A stretch of DNA of 64,000 bases, from positions 16,227 to 80,226 of the forward strand of contig JAFDDG010000005.1 in the NCBI GenBank assembly GCA_019310965.1. Reading direction: 5' to 3'. Both the position numbers and the translations under genes were made by a program. The notes under the pieces were generated by a model, which saw nothing but the letters and a program-made list of their open reading frames with translations, ran no database searches and was not told the DNA's origin. This DNA comes from Deltaproteobacteria bacterium. Lineage in GTDB: Bacteria; Myxococcota_A; UBA9160; SMWR01. Position 1 is the first letter of the stretch; every line of letters begins with the position of its first letter. Positions 56,459 to 64,000 of the stretch are shown here, one piece after another.

Positions 56459-57877
56459 GTGCAGCAGCTCGGCGGACTCGATGCGACGTTCCTGAACCTG
56501 GAGACCGGGAGCGCGCCGCTGCACATTGGCAATCTCGCGATCTACGATCAGTCGTCTGCGCCGAATGCGCACGTCACGTTCAAGGGCATCCTGCAGAACC
56601 TGGAATCGCGCCTCCACCTCGCGCGCTGCTTTCGACAACGCCTGGTGGAGGTGCCGTTCGGCCTCGACCATCCGTACTGGATCGAGGACTCCGACTTCGA
56701 CCTCGAGTTCCACGTGCGCCACATCGCCCTGCCGAAGCCCGGCGACTGGCGTCAGCTCTGCATCCAGGCCGCGCGGATCCACGCGCGCCCGCTGGATCTC
56801 GCCAAGCCGCTGTGGGAGATGTACGTGATCGAGGGGCTCGACGGGGTCGAGGGGTTGCCAGAGGGCAGCTTCTCGATCCTGACGAAGATCCACCACGCCG
56901 CCATCGACGGAGTTTCCGGGATCGAGATCGCGGCGGCCATCCACGACCTCGACCCCGCTGCGGTTCCGGCGCCCGCACAAGAAGAGTGGGTGCCGGAGAG
57001 CGCACCGTCGTGGCTCGAGCTGGCTGCGCGAACCACCCTGAACAGCGTGCGTCAGCCCCTGCGCTTTGCACAGGCTCTCGGCGACGTGGCGCCGCCGGCC
57101 CTGCGCAAGCTCTTCGTTTCTCCTCCCGCGTCCGAAGAGCCGGCCGAAGGCGGCGTGCCGCGCACGCGCTTCAACGACAAGGTCACCCCCCATCGCGTCG
57201 TGGAGGGCCGCGCCTTCTCGCTCGCTCAGGTCAAGGCCATTCGCAAGCAGGTGCCGGGCGCCACGGTCAACGACGTGGTGCTCGCGGTGGTGAGTGGTGC
57301 GCTGCGGCACTACCTCGACGCCCACGGCGAGCTGCCGCGCGAGTCGTTGAAAGCCTTCGCGCCGATCTCGGTGCGCACGGAGGCGGAGAAGGGGACGGGC
57401 GGCAACCAGGTGTCGGGCATGTTCGTCGCTCTCCACACCGAGATCGAAGACCCCCTCGAGCGGCTCGCCGCCATCCACAAAGCCACGCGGAGCTCGAAGG
57501 AAACCAGCAACGCAATCGGCGCTCGTTCGCTCACGGATGTCACGCAGTTCCTGCCCGGCGCGCTCGCCGGTGCGGCCGGTCGCCTGGTGGCGAGCACCAG
57601 CCTGATGCACGTGCTGAACCCCGTCGCCAACTGCGTCGTCACCAACATTCCGGGGCCGCAGGTGCCGCTCTACATGACCCAGGCGCGCCTGGTCGCGAAC
57701 TACGGGCTGGGCCTTCCCCTGGACGGCCTCGGGCTCTTTCACGTGGTGTTGAGCTATGCCGGGACGCTGACCGTCACGCTGACCGCCTGCCGCAAGCAGC
57801 TTCCCGACCCGGCGTTCTACGCGGAGTGTCTGGAGCGCTCCTTCGCCGTCTTGCGGCAGGCGGCAGGAGTTGCGTGA
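56459..57877 (+). CDS. WS/DGAT-family acyltransferase, second copy
   Basis: GTG 56459 lies 5 nt after GAGGAG. LDATFL N-terminus, HHAAIDG (HHxxxDG), NIPGP. Confidence 0.85.
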   Translation: MQQLGGLDATFLNLETGSAPLHIGNLAIYDQSSAPNAHVTFKGILQNLESRLHLARCFRQRLVEVPFGLDHPYWIEDSDFDLEFHVRHIALPKPGDWRQLCIQAARIHARPLDLAKPLWEMYVIEGLDGVEGLPEGSFSILTKIHHAAIDGVSGIEIAAAIHDLDPAAVPAPAQEEWVPESAPSWLELAARTTLNSVRQPLRFAQALGDVAPPALRKLFVSPPASEEPAEGGVPRTRFNDKVTPHRVVEGRAFSLAQVKAIRKQVPGATVNDVVLAVVSGALRHYLDAHGELPRESLKAFAPISVRTEAEKGTGGNQVSGMFVALHTEIEDPLERLAAIHKATRSSKETSNAIGARSLTDVTQFLPGALAGAAGRLVASTSLMHVLNPVANCVVTNIPGPQVPLYMTQARLVANYGLGLPLDGLGLFHVVLSYAGTLTVTLTACRKQLPDPAFYAECLERSFAVLRQAAGVA

Positions 57878-57920
57878 AGCATGAGAGGCTGGCTCGCAAT
57901 TCTCGCCGTGCCGAAATTTC

Positions 57921-57990
57921 TGGCGCCCCCGGGAGGACTCGAACCTCCGACGCACGGTTCAGGAAGGCGCACCCTTGCCAGTTAGGCCGC
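57921..57990 (-). other. tRNA-derived fragment or pseudo-tRNA: intact T-arm, 3' acceptor strand and CCA, but no matching 5' acceptor strand
   Basis: Minus strand reads ...GCGCC-TTCCTGA-ACCGT-GCGTC-GGAGG-TTCGAGT-CCTCC-CGGGGGC-G-CCA. The T-arm is canonical and the anticodon-loop-like heptamer would read CCU (Arg). Only 3 of 5 anticodon-stem pairs form, and the 5' seven nt (AAGCCAG) cannot pair with CGGGGGC. Confidence 0.55.
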
Positions 57991-58179
57991 TGGCTTGCGC
58001 TTGTTGCACTGCCACAGCCGGTCAGGAGCGGCCAGGATGGGACACGTTGCCGGCGCACCGGCGCAAAACCGGCGCAACAAGCCCAAGCCGAAGAAGCGAA
58101 GTCCGCGGTGCGGGATTTCACTGCGAACGCGCGTCGGAACTCTGGCCGCTTCTTCGATGGCTCGCGAACTTGCGGTCCC

Positions 58180-59601
58180 CTAGGGCTGCACCCATAGCTG
58201 CTGTTCGATGCGGTCTAGCAGCTCCGTCATCTCGGATTCGGGCTCGAGGAACGGATACAGTGCGATCTGCTTCTCTGCGCCGATGAGGGCCTCGAGAAAA
58301 TCGTAATTGGAATCGGCGACCGCCTGGTTCGCGGACAATAGCTGGGCCTGAGCGTCGAGAAGGCCGAGGATCGACGCCATGCCCAACACGTAGGATTCGT
58401 TCACGAGTTCGAAGTTGCGGAGCGCCGCGGCCTCCTGACGACGCGTGAAGGCGAGGTTCTCGTAGGTGCCGCTCGCGGCCGCGAGGGCGGCGCGGATGCC
58501 CTGATCGATGCTTTGCGCGGTCGACCGCCGCTGGATTCGCAGGCTCGAGAGGATCTCTCGCGTCTGGTGCAGCTGGATGAACTTCGCGCCTCCCGCGATG
58601 AGCGGAAACGTGAGATCTGCGGCGACGGTCCACTCGGTATCGTCGAAGTCGACGTCCGAACTGCCGGAGTCCACGTACGCGAGATGGTCGACGGCCGCGC
58701 CCACGCTCAACGACGGAACCCAGAAGGCGCGCTGGTTCGCGGCGAGCTGCCGCTCCGCTGCGCCGATGGCCGCGTCGGTCGCCGCCAGCTCGGGCGAGCG
58801 GCCGAGCCCCACGCGGACCAGGAGGTCCCGCAACCTGCGATCGCCCTCGGGCTGCGCGATGGCGTCGGCGATCCGCTTGCGCGCGTACACGAACCCGTAC
58901 TCCTCGACGCCCGCCGGGATCGCCGCGATCGGTTCCTCCGCCGACCGGTTTCGCACGCGGTTGAGCTCGAAGGTGCTCACGATCACCTGCGTGCGGGCCG
59001 CCACCACATCGGTGTCGTTCGACGCGAGCTGGCTCTGCCAGCGCAGCACCTCGCGCTCGCTGGACCAGCCCGCCGCGATGCGCGCGCGCGACGTCTCGAG
59101 GTTTCGAGCCGTGAGGTCGCGGTTCCGCTGCTGGATGTCGAGGTGGGCCCGGGCCCGGTTCAGCGCGAGGAACGTGTTGGCGGTGTCCTCGACCACTCCG
59201 AGCCGGAACGACTCGAACTGCGCCGTCTGCTCGTCGTGGGTGTGCTTCTGGATCTGGAAGTCGGCCCAGTTGGTCTCGTCATAGATCACCTGGGTGACGC
59301 CAGCTGCCACGAGAATCGACTCCTTGGTGGTGCCGTCGGCGCGATGGTCCTCGAGGATCTGCGCCCGGCTGCCGAGGTTGACCTGTGGCAGCAGGGTCGA
59401 CCGCGCGATCCCGATCTGCTCGCGATCGGCCGCCAGGGCCCGGCGCCGGGCCGCGAGGTCGAGATTGGCCTCGAGGGCCTGGCGGGCCGCCTGGGCGAGG
59501 CCGAGCTTTGGATCGGCGCCGCCGGCAACGGCCGGGATCGATGCCGCCAGGAGCCAGAGGGCAGCGCTGGATCGCAGGGTTCGTAGGGTTCGCATGGACA
59601 C
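58180..59601 (-). CDS. TolC-family outer membrane efflux protein
   Basis: Signal peptide (AALWLLAASIPAVAGG) and two tandem OEP repeats with the characteristic L..A...A...N.DL and coiled-coil segments. Confidence 0.85.
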   Translation of the reverse strand: MSMRTLRTLRSSAALWLLAASIPAVAGGADPKLGLAQAARQALEANLDLAARRRALAADREQIGIARSTLLPQVNLGSRAQILEDHRADGTTKESILVAAGVTQVIYDETNWADFQIQKHTHDEQTAQFESFRLGVVEDTANTFLALNRARAHLDIQQRNRDLTARNLETSRARIAAGWSSEREVLRWQSQLASNDTDVVAARTQVIVSTFELNRVRNRSAEEPIAAIPAGVEEYGFVYARKRIADAIAQPEGDRRLRDLLVRVGLGRSPELAATDAAIGAAERQLAANQRAFWVPSLSVGAAVDHLAYVDSGSSDVDFDDTEWTVAADLTFPLIAGGAKFIQLHQTREILSSLRIQRRSTAQSIDQGIRAALAAASGTYENLAFTRRQEAAALRNFELVNESYVLGMASILGLLDAQAQLLSANQAVADSNYDFLEALIGAEKQIALYPFLEPESEMTELLDRIEQQLWVQP

Positions 59602-59802
59602 CTCCTGGCGCAGATTAGGCTCCTGCTGCGGGCTCCGGCGCGGTACTCAGACTGATACGATGGCAACCACCGTACGCGAACGATCGCGTGCCTGGAAGGA
59701 GGGAGAGTGCTGTCGGAGCGAGCGGCACATCCGGCATATCGAGCAGTCGGGACGACCTCCGGCTCATTGGGCCTGGCGACCGCGCTCGGGTGCGCCCCCA
59801 CC

Positions 59803-59997
59803 GTGAACGTGCTCGGAGTCTACTTTCCGGGCTGGCTGATTTCGGCCATCGTCGGCCTCGTGGCCGCCTATTCTTTCGTCTGGTGGCTGGGGCGTCGACC
59901 CGGACAGCGCGAGTTAGCACAGTCGGGACTCCTCTTCTGCAGCCTCACCGTGGTGGTGGGCCTGCTGATCTGGTGGATCTCGTTCAGCGGCTTCTAG
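59803..59997 (+). CDS. DUF1656/AaeX-like small membrane protein
   Basis: 64 aa from GTG 59803 (VNVLGVYFPGWLISAIVG...), two TM helices, immediately upstream of the HlyD/FUSC pair as in aaeXAB. Start is uncertain (the track ORF starts at 59707). Confidence 0.65.
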   Translation: MNVLGVYFPGWLISAIVGLVAAYSFVWWLGRRPGQRELAQSGLLFCSLTVVVGLLIWWISFSGF

Positions 59998-60006
59998 GGA
60001 GGTCCT

Positions 60007-61047
60007 GTGAACCGAGCCCGGCGCATTGGAATCATCGCCGTCACAATGGCAGTGGCGGCGATCCTGGTGGCCCTCTACCACCGCCACTCCGAGCGCTATC
60101 CGAGCACCGACGATGCCTACGTGGACGCCGACGTCGTGGGAATCGTCGCCCAGGTGGCCGGCCCCATCGTGAACCTCCCCATCGAGGACAACCAGGCCGT
60201 CGGGGCCGGTGATCTGCTCTTCGAGATCGACCCGCGACCCTTCGTCATCGCGGTCGAGAAGGCCCGAGCGGAGCTCGACAAGACCGGCCAGAACGTGAGC
60301 GCGCTGGCCGACCAGGTGGCCAGCGCTGAGGCCCAGGTCCAGGAAGCCACGGCGAGACTGCGGCTCGCCCAGACGCAATGGAGACGCGTCGAGCCGCTTG
60401 CGAAGGTCGGTGCCATTCCGTTCCAGGACCGGGACAAGGCCCGGGCCGGGCTGGACGACGCGCGCGCGGGTCTGGCGGACGCCCGCGCGCAGCTCACCAA
60501 GGCCCAGCACCAGCTCGGCGAGTCGGGCGAGGACAACGCGGACGTGCGAGCCGCCCTGGCGCAGCTCCAGGGCGCCGAGCTCCAGCTCAGCTACACGCGC
60601 GTCGTCGCCCCGGTGAACGGGTACGTCACCGATCTCGCCCTGAGCCCCGGAAGCTACGCCAACGTCGGTAGCCCCATCCTCTCCCTCGTGAACACGGACT
60701 CCTGGCGCATCGTGGCGTATTTGAAGGAGACCCAGCTTCGCGAGATCCGAACCGGTCAGTCGACACGCGTCTATCTTCCGGCCTACTCGAGAGTCCGCTT
60801 CGACGGACTCGTCCAGGGAATCGGCTGGGGCGTGGAGCAGCCGGATAGTGAAGGGGAGGTGGGCCCGGACGGCGTTCCCAGCGTGAGTCCGACGGTGGAC
60901 TGGGTGCGCATGGCGCAGCGCTTCCCCGTGCGCATCACCTTCGTGAACCGCGATCCCAACCATCTGCTCCGCAAAGGGATGCGCGCCGCGGTGCGTATCG
61001 ACGCGACCGGGGACGTGGACTCGAAGGACGAGGGCCGCGGAAGTTGA
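60007..61047 (+). CDS. HlyD-family efflux adaptor (AaeA-like)
   Basis: N-terminal TM, STDDAYV, coiled-coil hairpin, SYTRVVAPVNGYV, C-terminal beta-barrel. Confidence 0.88.
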   Translation: MNRARRIGIIAVTMAVAAILVALYHRHSERYPSTDDAYVDADVVGIVAQVAGPIVNLPIEDNQAVGAGDLLFEIDPRPFVIAVEKARAELDKTGQNVSALADQVASAEAQVQEATARLRLAQTQWRRVEPLAKVGAIPFQDRDKARAGLDDARAGLADARAQLTKAQHQLGESGEDNADVRAALAQLQGAELQLSYTRVVAPVNGYVTDLALSPGSYANVGSPILSLVNTDSWRIVAYLKETQLREIRTGQSTRVYLPAYSRVRFDGLVQGIGWGVEQPDSEGEVGPDGVPSVSPTVDWVRMAQRFPVRITFVNRDPNHLLRKGMRAAVRIDATGDVDSKDEGRGS

Positions 61048-61068
61048 CCGCGACCTTCGCGTAGACAG

Positions 61069-63279
61069 ATGGCCCAGGCTGTCCAGCACTCTCCGCTGTT
61101 CGGCAGCACCTTCGCGCGAGTCGCGCGCGTCTCGCCCGCCACCGCGTTCGCCCTTCGCTATGCCACCGCCGTTTCCGCGGCCATCTGGATCGGGCACGCC
61201 CCGGGCCTCGTCACCAACCAGTCGCAGTGGATCCTGATCACCGTGTTGATGGTGATGCAGCCCATGGCGGGCGGGTCACTCTTCAAGGGGTTCCTGCGGG
61301 CGGTCGGTACGTCGGCGGCGTTCTTCACCGCGATTCTCCTCTTCGGCCTCTACGCCCAGGACCCGCCGCTGCTGCTGGCCAGCCTCTTCCTCGTCCAGGC
61401 CGTGGCCGCCTACGGCTGGACGGGCTCCCGCTACCAGTACGCCTGGTTCGTCTGGGCCTTCACCACCGCGATCGTCCTCGGAGACGCCATGGCCGGAGCG
61501 GACGATGTGGAAACCCTCGCGTTCGAGCGGGCGTCGATGGTGGGGATCGGCATTCTCATCGTATGCACGGTGGACTCGCTGCTCTGGTCCCCGCGTTCGG
61601 AGCCGAGCTTGCGACACAGCCTGGCCGAGAGCGCCCGGCAGCTGGCGGGAGCACTGCGGCGGGCCGTCGAGGCGCCATCGGGCGTGCACACCAAAGGTGA
61701 GAAGTCAGCATCGAGTCCGCTCGTCGCGCAGCTGGGAATGATCGACTCCGTGCGCACGGAGGTCGGCGTCTCGCAAGCGCGCGTGACGACCCTCACGCAG
61801 ATCGCCCTGTTGCTGGAGGCCGCGGCGTCTCGCATGCGGATCCTGCGGCTACCACTGGATGTCGAGGCCGGCTCGATCCCCACTCCCATCGCGGCAGCGC
61901 TCTCGGAGCTCGGCCGTTGTGTGGAGTCTGCCCTCGACGAGGTCGCCGACGCCCTTGCCACCAACCGCTCGCCGTCACCCTTCGCGGCCGGCGTCGAGCA
62001 CGCGGTCTTGGCGGTCGAGGCCGAGAGCGAACGCCTCCGCGAGCGAGCGGGGGCTCGCTCATCGTTCGAGGGTCGGGCGGCTGGGCTGCGCGACCTCGTA
62101 GCGCCGCTGCGCACACTCGAGGAGGACCTCGTGCGGCTGCAATTGGAGACTTCGCGGGACCTTGCGTTGGTCCGTCCGCCGGCACCGGCCGCGCACGGCT
62201 TCCGAATGGATCCGTTTCGGGTCCAGATCGCCCTGCGCACCGCCATCGCGGTCTGTGGCGCTTTCGTCGTGCCAATGGTCCTTGGCTGGGAGATCAATAC
62301 GATGGTCGCTCCCATGGCTTTCATGGTGGCCGCGATGCCCACGCGGGGCGGCGTGACGCAGAGCGTGGGCCTCCTCGCCGGGATCGTGCTTTTCGGCTGG
62401 CTCCTGTCCGATCTTGCCCTCGTGTTCGTCATTCCCCACGCGGGTCGCCTACCGCTGGGTCTCGTGTATCCCGCCGCGATTGCGGGCGTCTTCGCCTACG
62501 TCGCCGCGGTCCATCCACAGCTCGCCATGCTGCCGAGCATCGGGGGGCTGGTGGCGATCCTTCCGATCTTCAGCGGGCTCGCCGCGCCAACCGACGTCTA
62601 CGGTACCTACAACACGATCTCTTACATCGCGGTTGGGCTCGGGGTGGGGTGGCTCGCGACGCGGCTGCTCTGGCCCGCGACCGCGACGAGGCTCTTTCGC
62701 GAGCGCGTCGCCGTGCAGCTCGAAGGCTGCCGAGGGGCCCTTCGGGAGCGGGATACCGCCGCGGTCCCGGTGGAGCGGCGGCAGCTGGCTGCAGCCTTCC
62801 TTGCTGACTACGCAAGGCAGCTCGCGCAGCTCGGCTCCCTTCACAACCAGGCCCGCCACGAACCGGTCGAGCACGCGCTCGATGACGAGCGCCGCGGTGA
62901 GCTGCTCGCCCTCGCCCAGGATCTCTTCGACGTCGTCCTTGCTGCTCACGTCCGGGCTCCGAACCAGACGCCGGCGCTCCTGGCACGAGGCGGAGAGGAG
63001 TTCGCGGACCTGCGCGAGGCGCTGGCACGCCTCGACGACGCGCTTCTCGCGAGCCTGGAGACCGCTGCCGAGAGCCTGCGGGTTGATGCCGCTCCGCCGG
63101 GCCCTGATCTCGCGGAGGCGCGCGATGCGGTCGAAGAGCGTCTCGATGAGATTCGAGCAGGACCCGAGCTACGGCTCTCGCTCGACGCCCAGGAGCGCGA
63201 GGCGTTTCTCGTCCATCTCGATTCGCGTCGCCAACTGGCGACGCGACAGCTCGCCATCGAGCGGTGGCTGGCTGGCTGA
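61069..63279 (+). CDS. FUSC-family (fusaric acid resistance/AaeB-like) inner membrane efflux protein
   Basis: 736 aa. Duplicated architecture of two membrane bundles, each followed by a long cytoplasmic helical region. Confidence 0.85.
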   Translation: MAQAVQHSPLFGSTFARVARVSPATAFALRYATAVSAAIWIGHAPGLVTNQSQWILITVLMVMQPMAGGSLFKGFLRAVGTSAAFFTAILLFGLYAQDPPLLLASLFLVQAVAAYGWTGSRYQYAWFVWAFTTAIVLGDAMAGADDVETLAFERASMVGIGILIVCTVDSLLWSPRSEPSLRHSLAESARQLAGALRRAVEAPSGVHTKGEKSASSPLVAQLGMIDSVRTEVGVSQARVTTLTQIALLLEAAASRMRILRLPLDVEAGSIPTPIAAALSELGRCVESALDEVADALATNRSPSPFAAGVEHAVLAVEAESERLRERAGARSSFEGRAAGLRDLVAPLRTLEEDLVRLQLETSRDLALVRPPAPAAHGFRMDPFRVQIALRTAIAVCGAFVVPMVLGWEINTMVAPMAFMVAAMPTRGGVTQSVGLLAGIVLFGWLLSDLALVFVIPHAGRLPLGLVYPAAIAGVFAYVAAVHPQLAMLPSIGGLVAILPIFSGLAAPTDVYGTYNTISYIAVGLGVGWLATRLLWPATATRLFRERVAVQLEGCRGALRERDTAAVPVERRQLAAAFLADYARQLAQLGSLHNQARHEPVEHALDDERRGELLALAQDLFDVVLAAHVRAPNQTPALLARGGEEFADLREALARLDDALLASLETAAESLRVDAAPPGPDLAEARDAVEERLDEIRAGPELRLSLDAQEREAFLVHLDSRRQLATRQLAIERWLAG

Positions 63280-63363
63280 TGTGCGGCCGTCGCTGCCGAA
63301 CCCAGGTCTGTGCTCCTGCGCGCGCAGGCCGAAGCAAGACCTCAGAAGTTGGGAGGTGAATTC

Positions 63364-63798
63364 GTGCTCGTGCAAGTCGCGTTTGGATCCGTTCTCATTC
63401 TCATCACGACGGCGATCCACGCCTGGTTCACGGCTGTGGTATTCCGGGTGCTCCGGATGACACACGCGAGCACGTGGGGGGGGCGATCACCGGTTACGAG
63501 GGTGTCTCTGATCTCGGCGGTGGTGCTGATGATGTTCATTGCCGCGCTGCTGGAGACCGGTACGTGGGCTGCCGTCTACCTGGCGGTCGGAGCGATTCCG
63601 GACCTGGAGACGGCCCTCTATTTCTCCACCGTCACCTTCACGACGCTGGGGTATGGCGACATCACGCTGGATCGCGGGTGGCGCCTGCTCGCCTCCTTTC
63701 AAGCCGCGAATGGCACGATCATGTTCGGCTGGACCACGGCAATCGTGATGACCGTCATCCACCGCATGGCGGCCGAGCGCGAGGCGCCAGCCGCATAG
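63364..63798 (+). CDS. Minimal two-TM potassium channel subunit
   Basis: Selectivity filter TVTFTTLGYGD between two hydrophobic helices. GTG 63364 lies 8 nt after GGAGG (the track start 63310 is less likely). No RCK/ligand domain. Confidence 0.8.
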   Translation: MLVQVAFGSVLILITTAIHAWFTAVVFRVLRMTHASTWGGRSPVTRVSLISAVVLMMFIAALLETGTWAAVYLAVGAIPDLETALYFSTVTFTTLGYGDITLDRGWRLLASFQAANGTIMFGWTTAIVMTVIHRMAAEREAPAA

Positions 63799-63858
63799 GA
63801 GGCCGCGGGTCCCCTCTCGATGCGAACTGTGCAATCGTCCCGGTAGCAGGGGAGCCAG

Positions 63859-64000
63859 ATGTACTTGACCCTCGCAGTCCTCTCGGCGTTCGCCTTCGTC
63901 TACGGCGTGGTCGCGACTCGCGTCGAGAGAACTCCGGTCAACGGGCCCGTGATCTTCCTGGCCTTCGGCATCCTGGCGGGCCCGCATGTCCTGGGTCTGC
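63859..64000 (+). CDS. Cation/proton antiporter (CPA1-like), N-terminal fragment running off the window
   Basis: ATG 63859 follows GGGGAG. MYLTLAVLSAFAFVYGVVATRVERTPVNGPVIFLAFGILAGPHVLGL resembles the first two TM helices of Na+/H+ exchangers. Not in the ORF track because the window end truncates it. Confidence 0.55.
   Translation, partial: MYLTLAVLSAFAFVYGVVATRVERTPVNGPVIFLAFGILAGPHVLGL

Noticed and set aside
57921-58000. Functional tRNA gene, including tRNA-Sec, given the nearby selenoprotein
   Set aside because: No 5' strand complementary to CGGGGGC lies at any canonical distance. There is no UCA anticodon or long variable arm, and the anticodon stem is mostly unpaired. A GCTCCTG segment about 109 nt upstream could pair with two G-U pairs, but that would give an implausibly long tRNA.
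1-64000. CRISPR arrays, rRNA genes, IS elements, prophage or defence-system genes
   Set aside because: No spaced direct-repeat arrays, no rRNA-like segments, and no transposase, integrase, nuclease-helicase or phage structural motifs were seen in any credible frame.

Overview
GC-rich bacterial chromosomal segment; third codon positions are overwhelmingly G/C, so long antisense shadow ORFs are common. I support about 58 protein genes. It looks diderm: a TolC-family gene, a lipobox lipoprotein, MacAB-like and FUSC-type efflux sets, and a PEP-CTERM-like sorting tail. Content is mainly acyl-CoA/lipid and redox enzymes: 3 luciferase-like (LLM) oxidoreductases, a deazaflavin (DDN-type) reductase, 3 SDRs, 2 NAD-epimerases, 2 thiolases plus a thiolase-like protein, an acyl-CoA dehydrogenase, a crotonase, a family III CoA-transferase, an acyl-CoA ligase, 2 WS/DGAT acyltransferases, 2 sulfotransferases, a sulfatase-like lipoprotein, and epoxide-hydrolase-type alpha/beta hydrolases. 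Transporters (MFS x3, CDF, ABC, FUSC, K+ channel, partial cation/H+ antiporter) and a housekeeping island (thyA-folA-RNA m5U methyltransferase) are interspersed. I saw no rRNA, CRISPR array, transposase, integrase or recognisable transcription factor. Most notable findings: (1) a 112-codon ArsC/Spx-fold gene on the minus strand (45934..46272), absent from the ORF track because it has an in-frame TGA at the first position of a U-x-x-C redox motif, with a SECIS-like hairpin 15 nt downstream, so it is a probable selenoprotein; (2) a family of long perfect palindromes with an AT-rich core (29455..29519, 45830..45918, half copy 46316..46337) whose arms carry compensatory changes and whose right-arm sequence brackets the selenoprotein gene; (3) three diverged paralogues of one roughly 400-450 aa family (DUF1214-like) within 11 kb; (4) a tRNA-like 3' fragment with no matching 5' acceptor strand; (5) a sulfotransferase/HHxxxDG-acyltransferase gene pair. 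Family names come from motif recognition by eye, not database searches.
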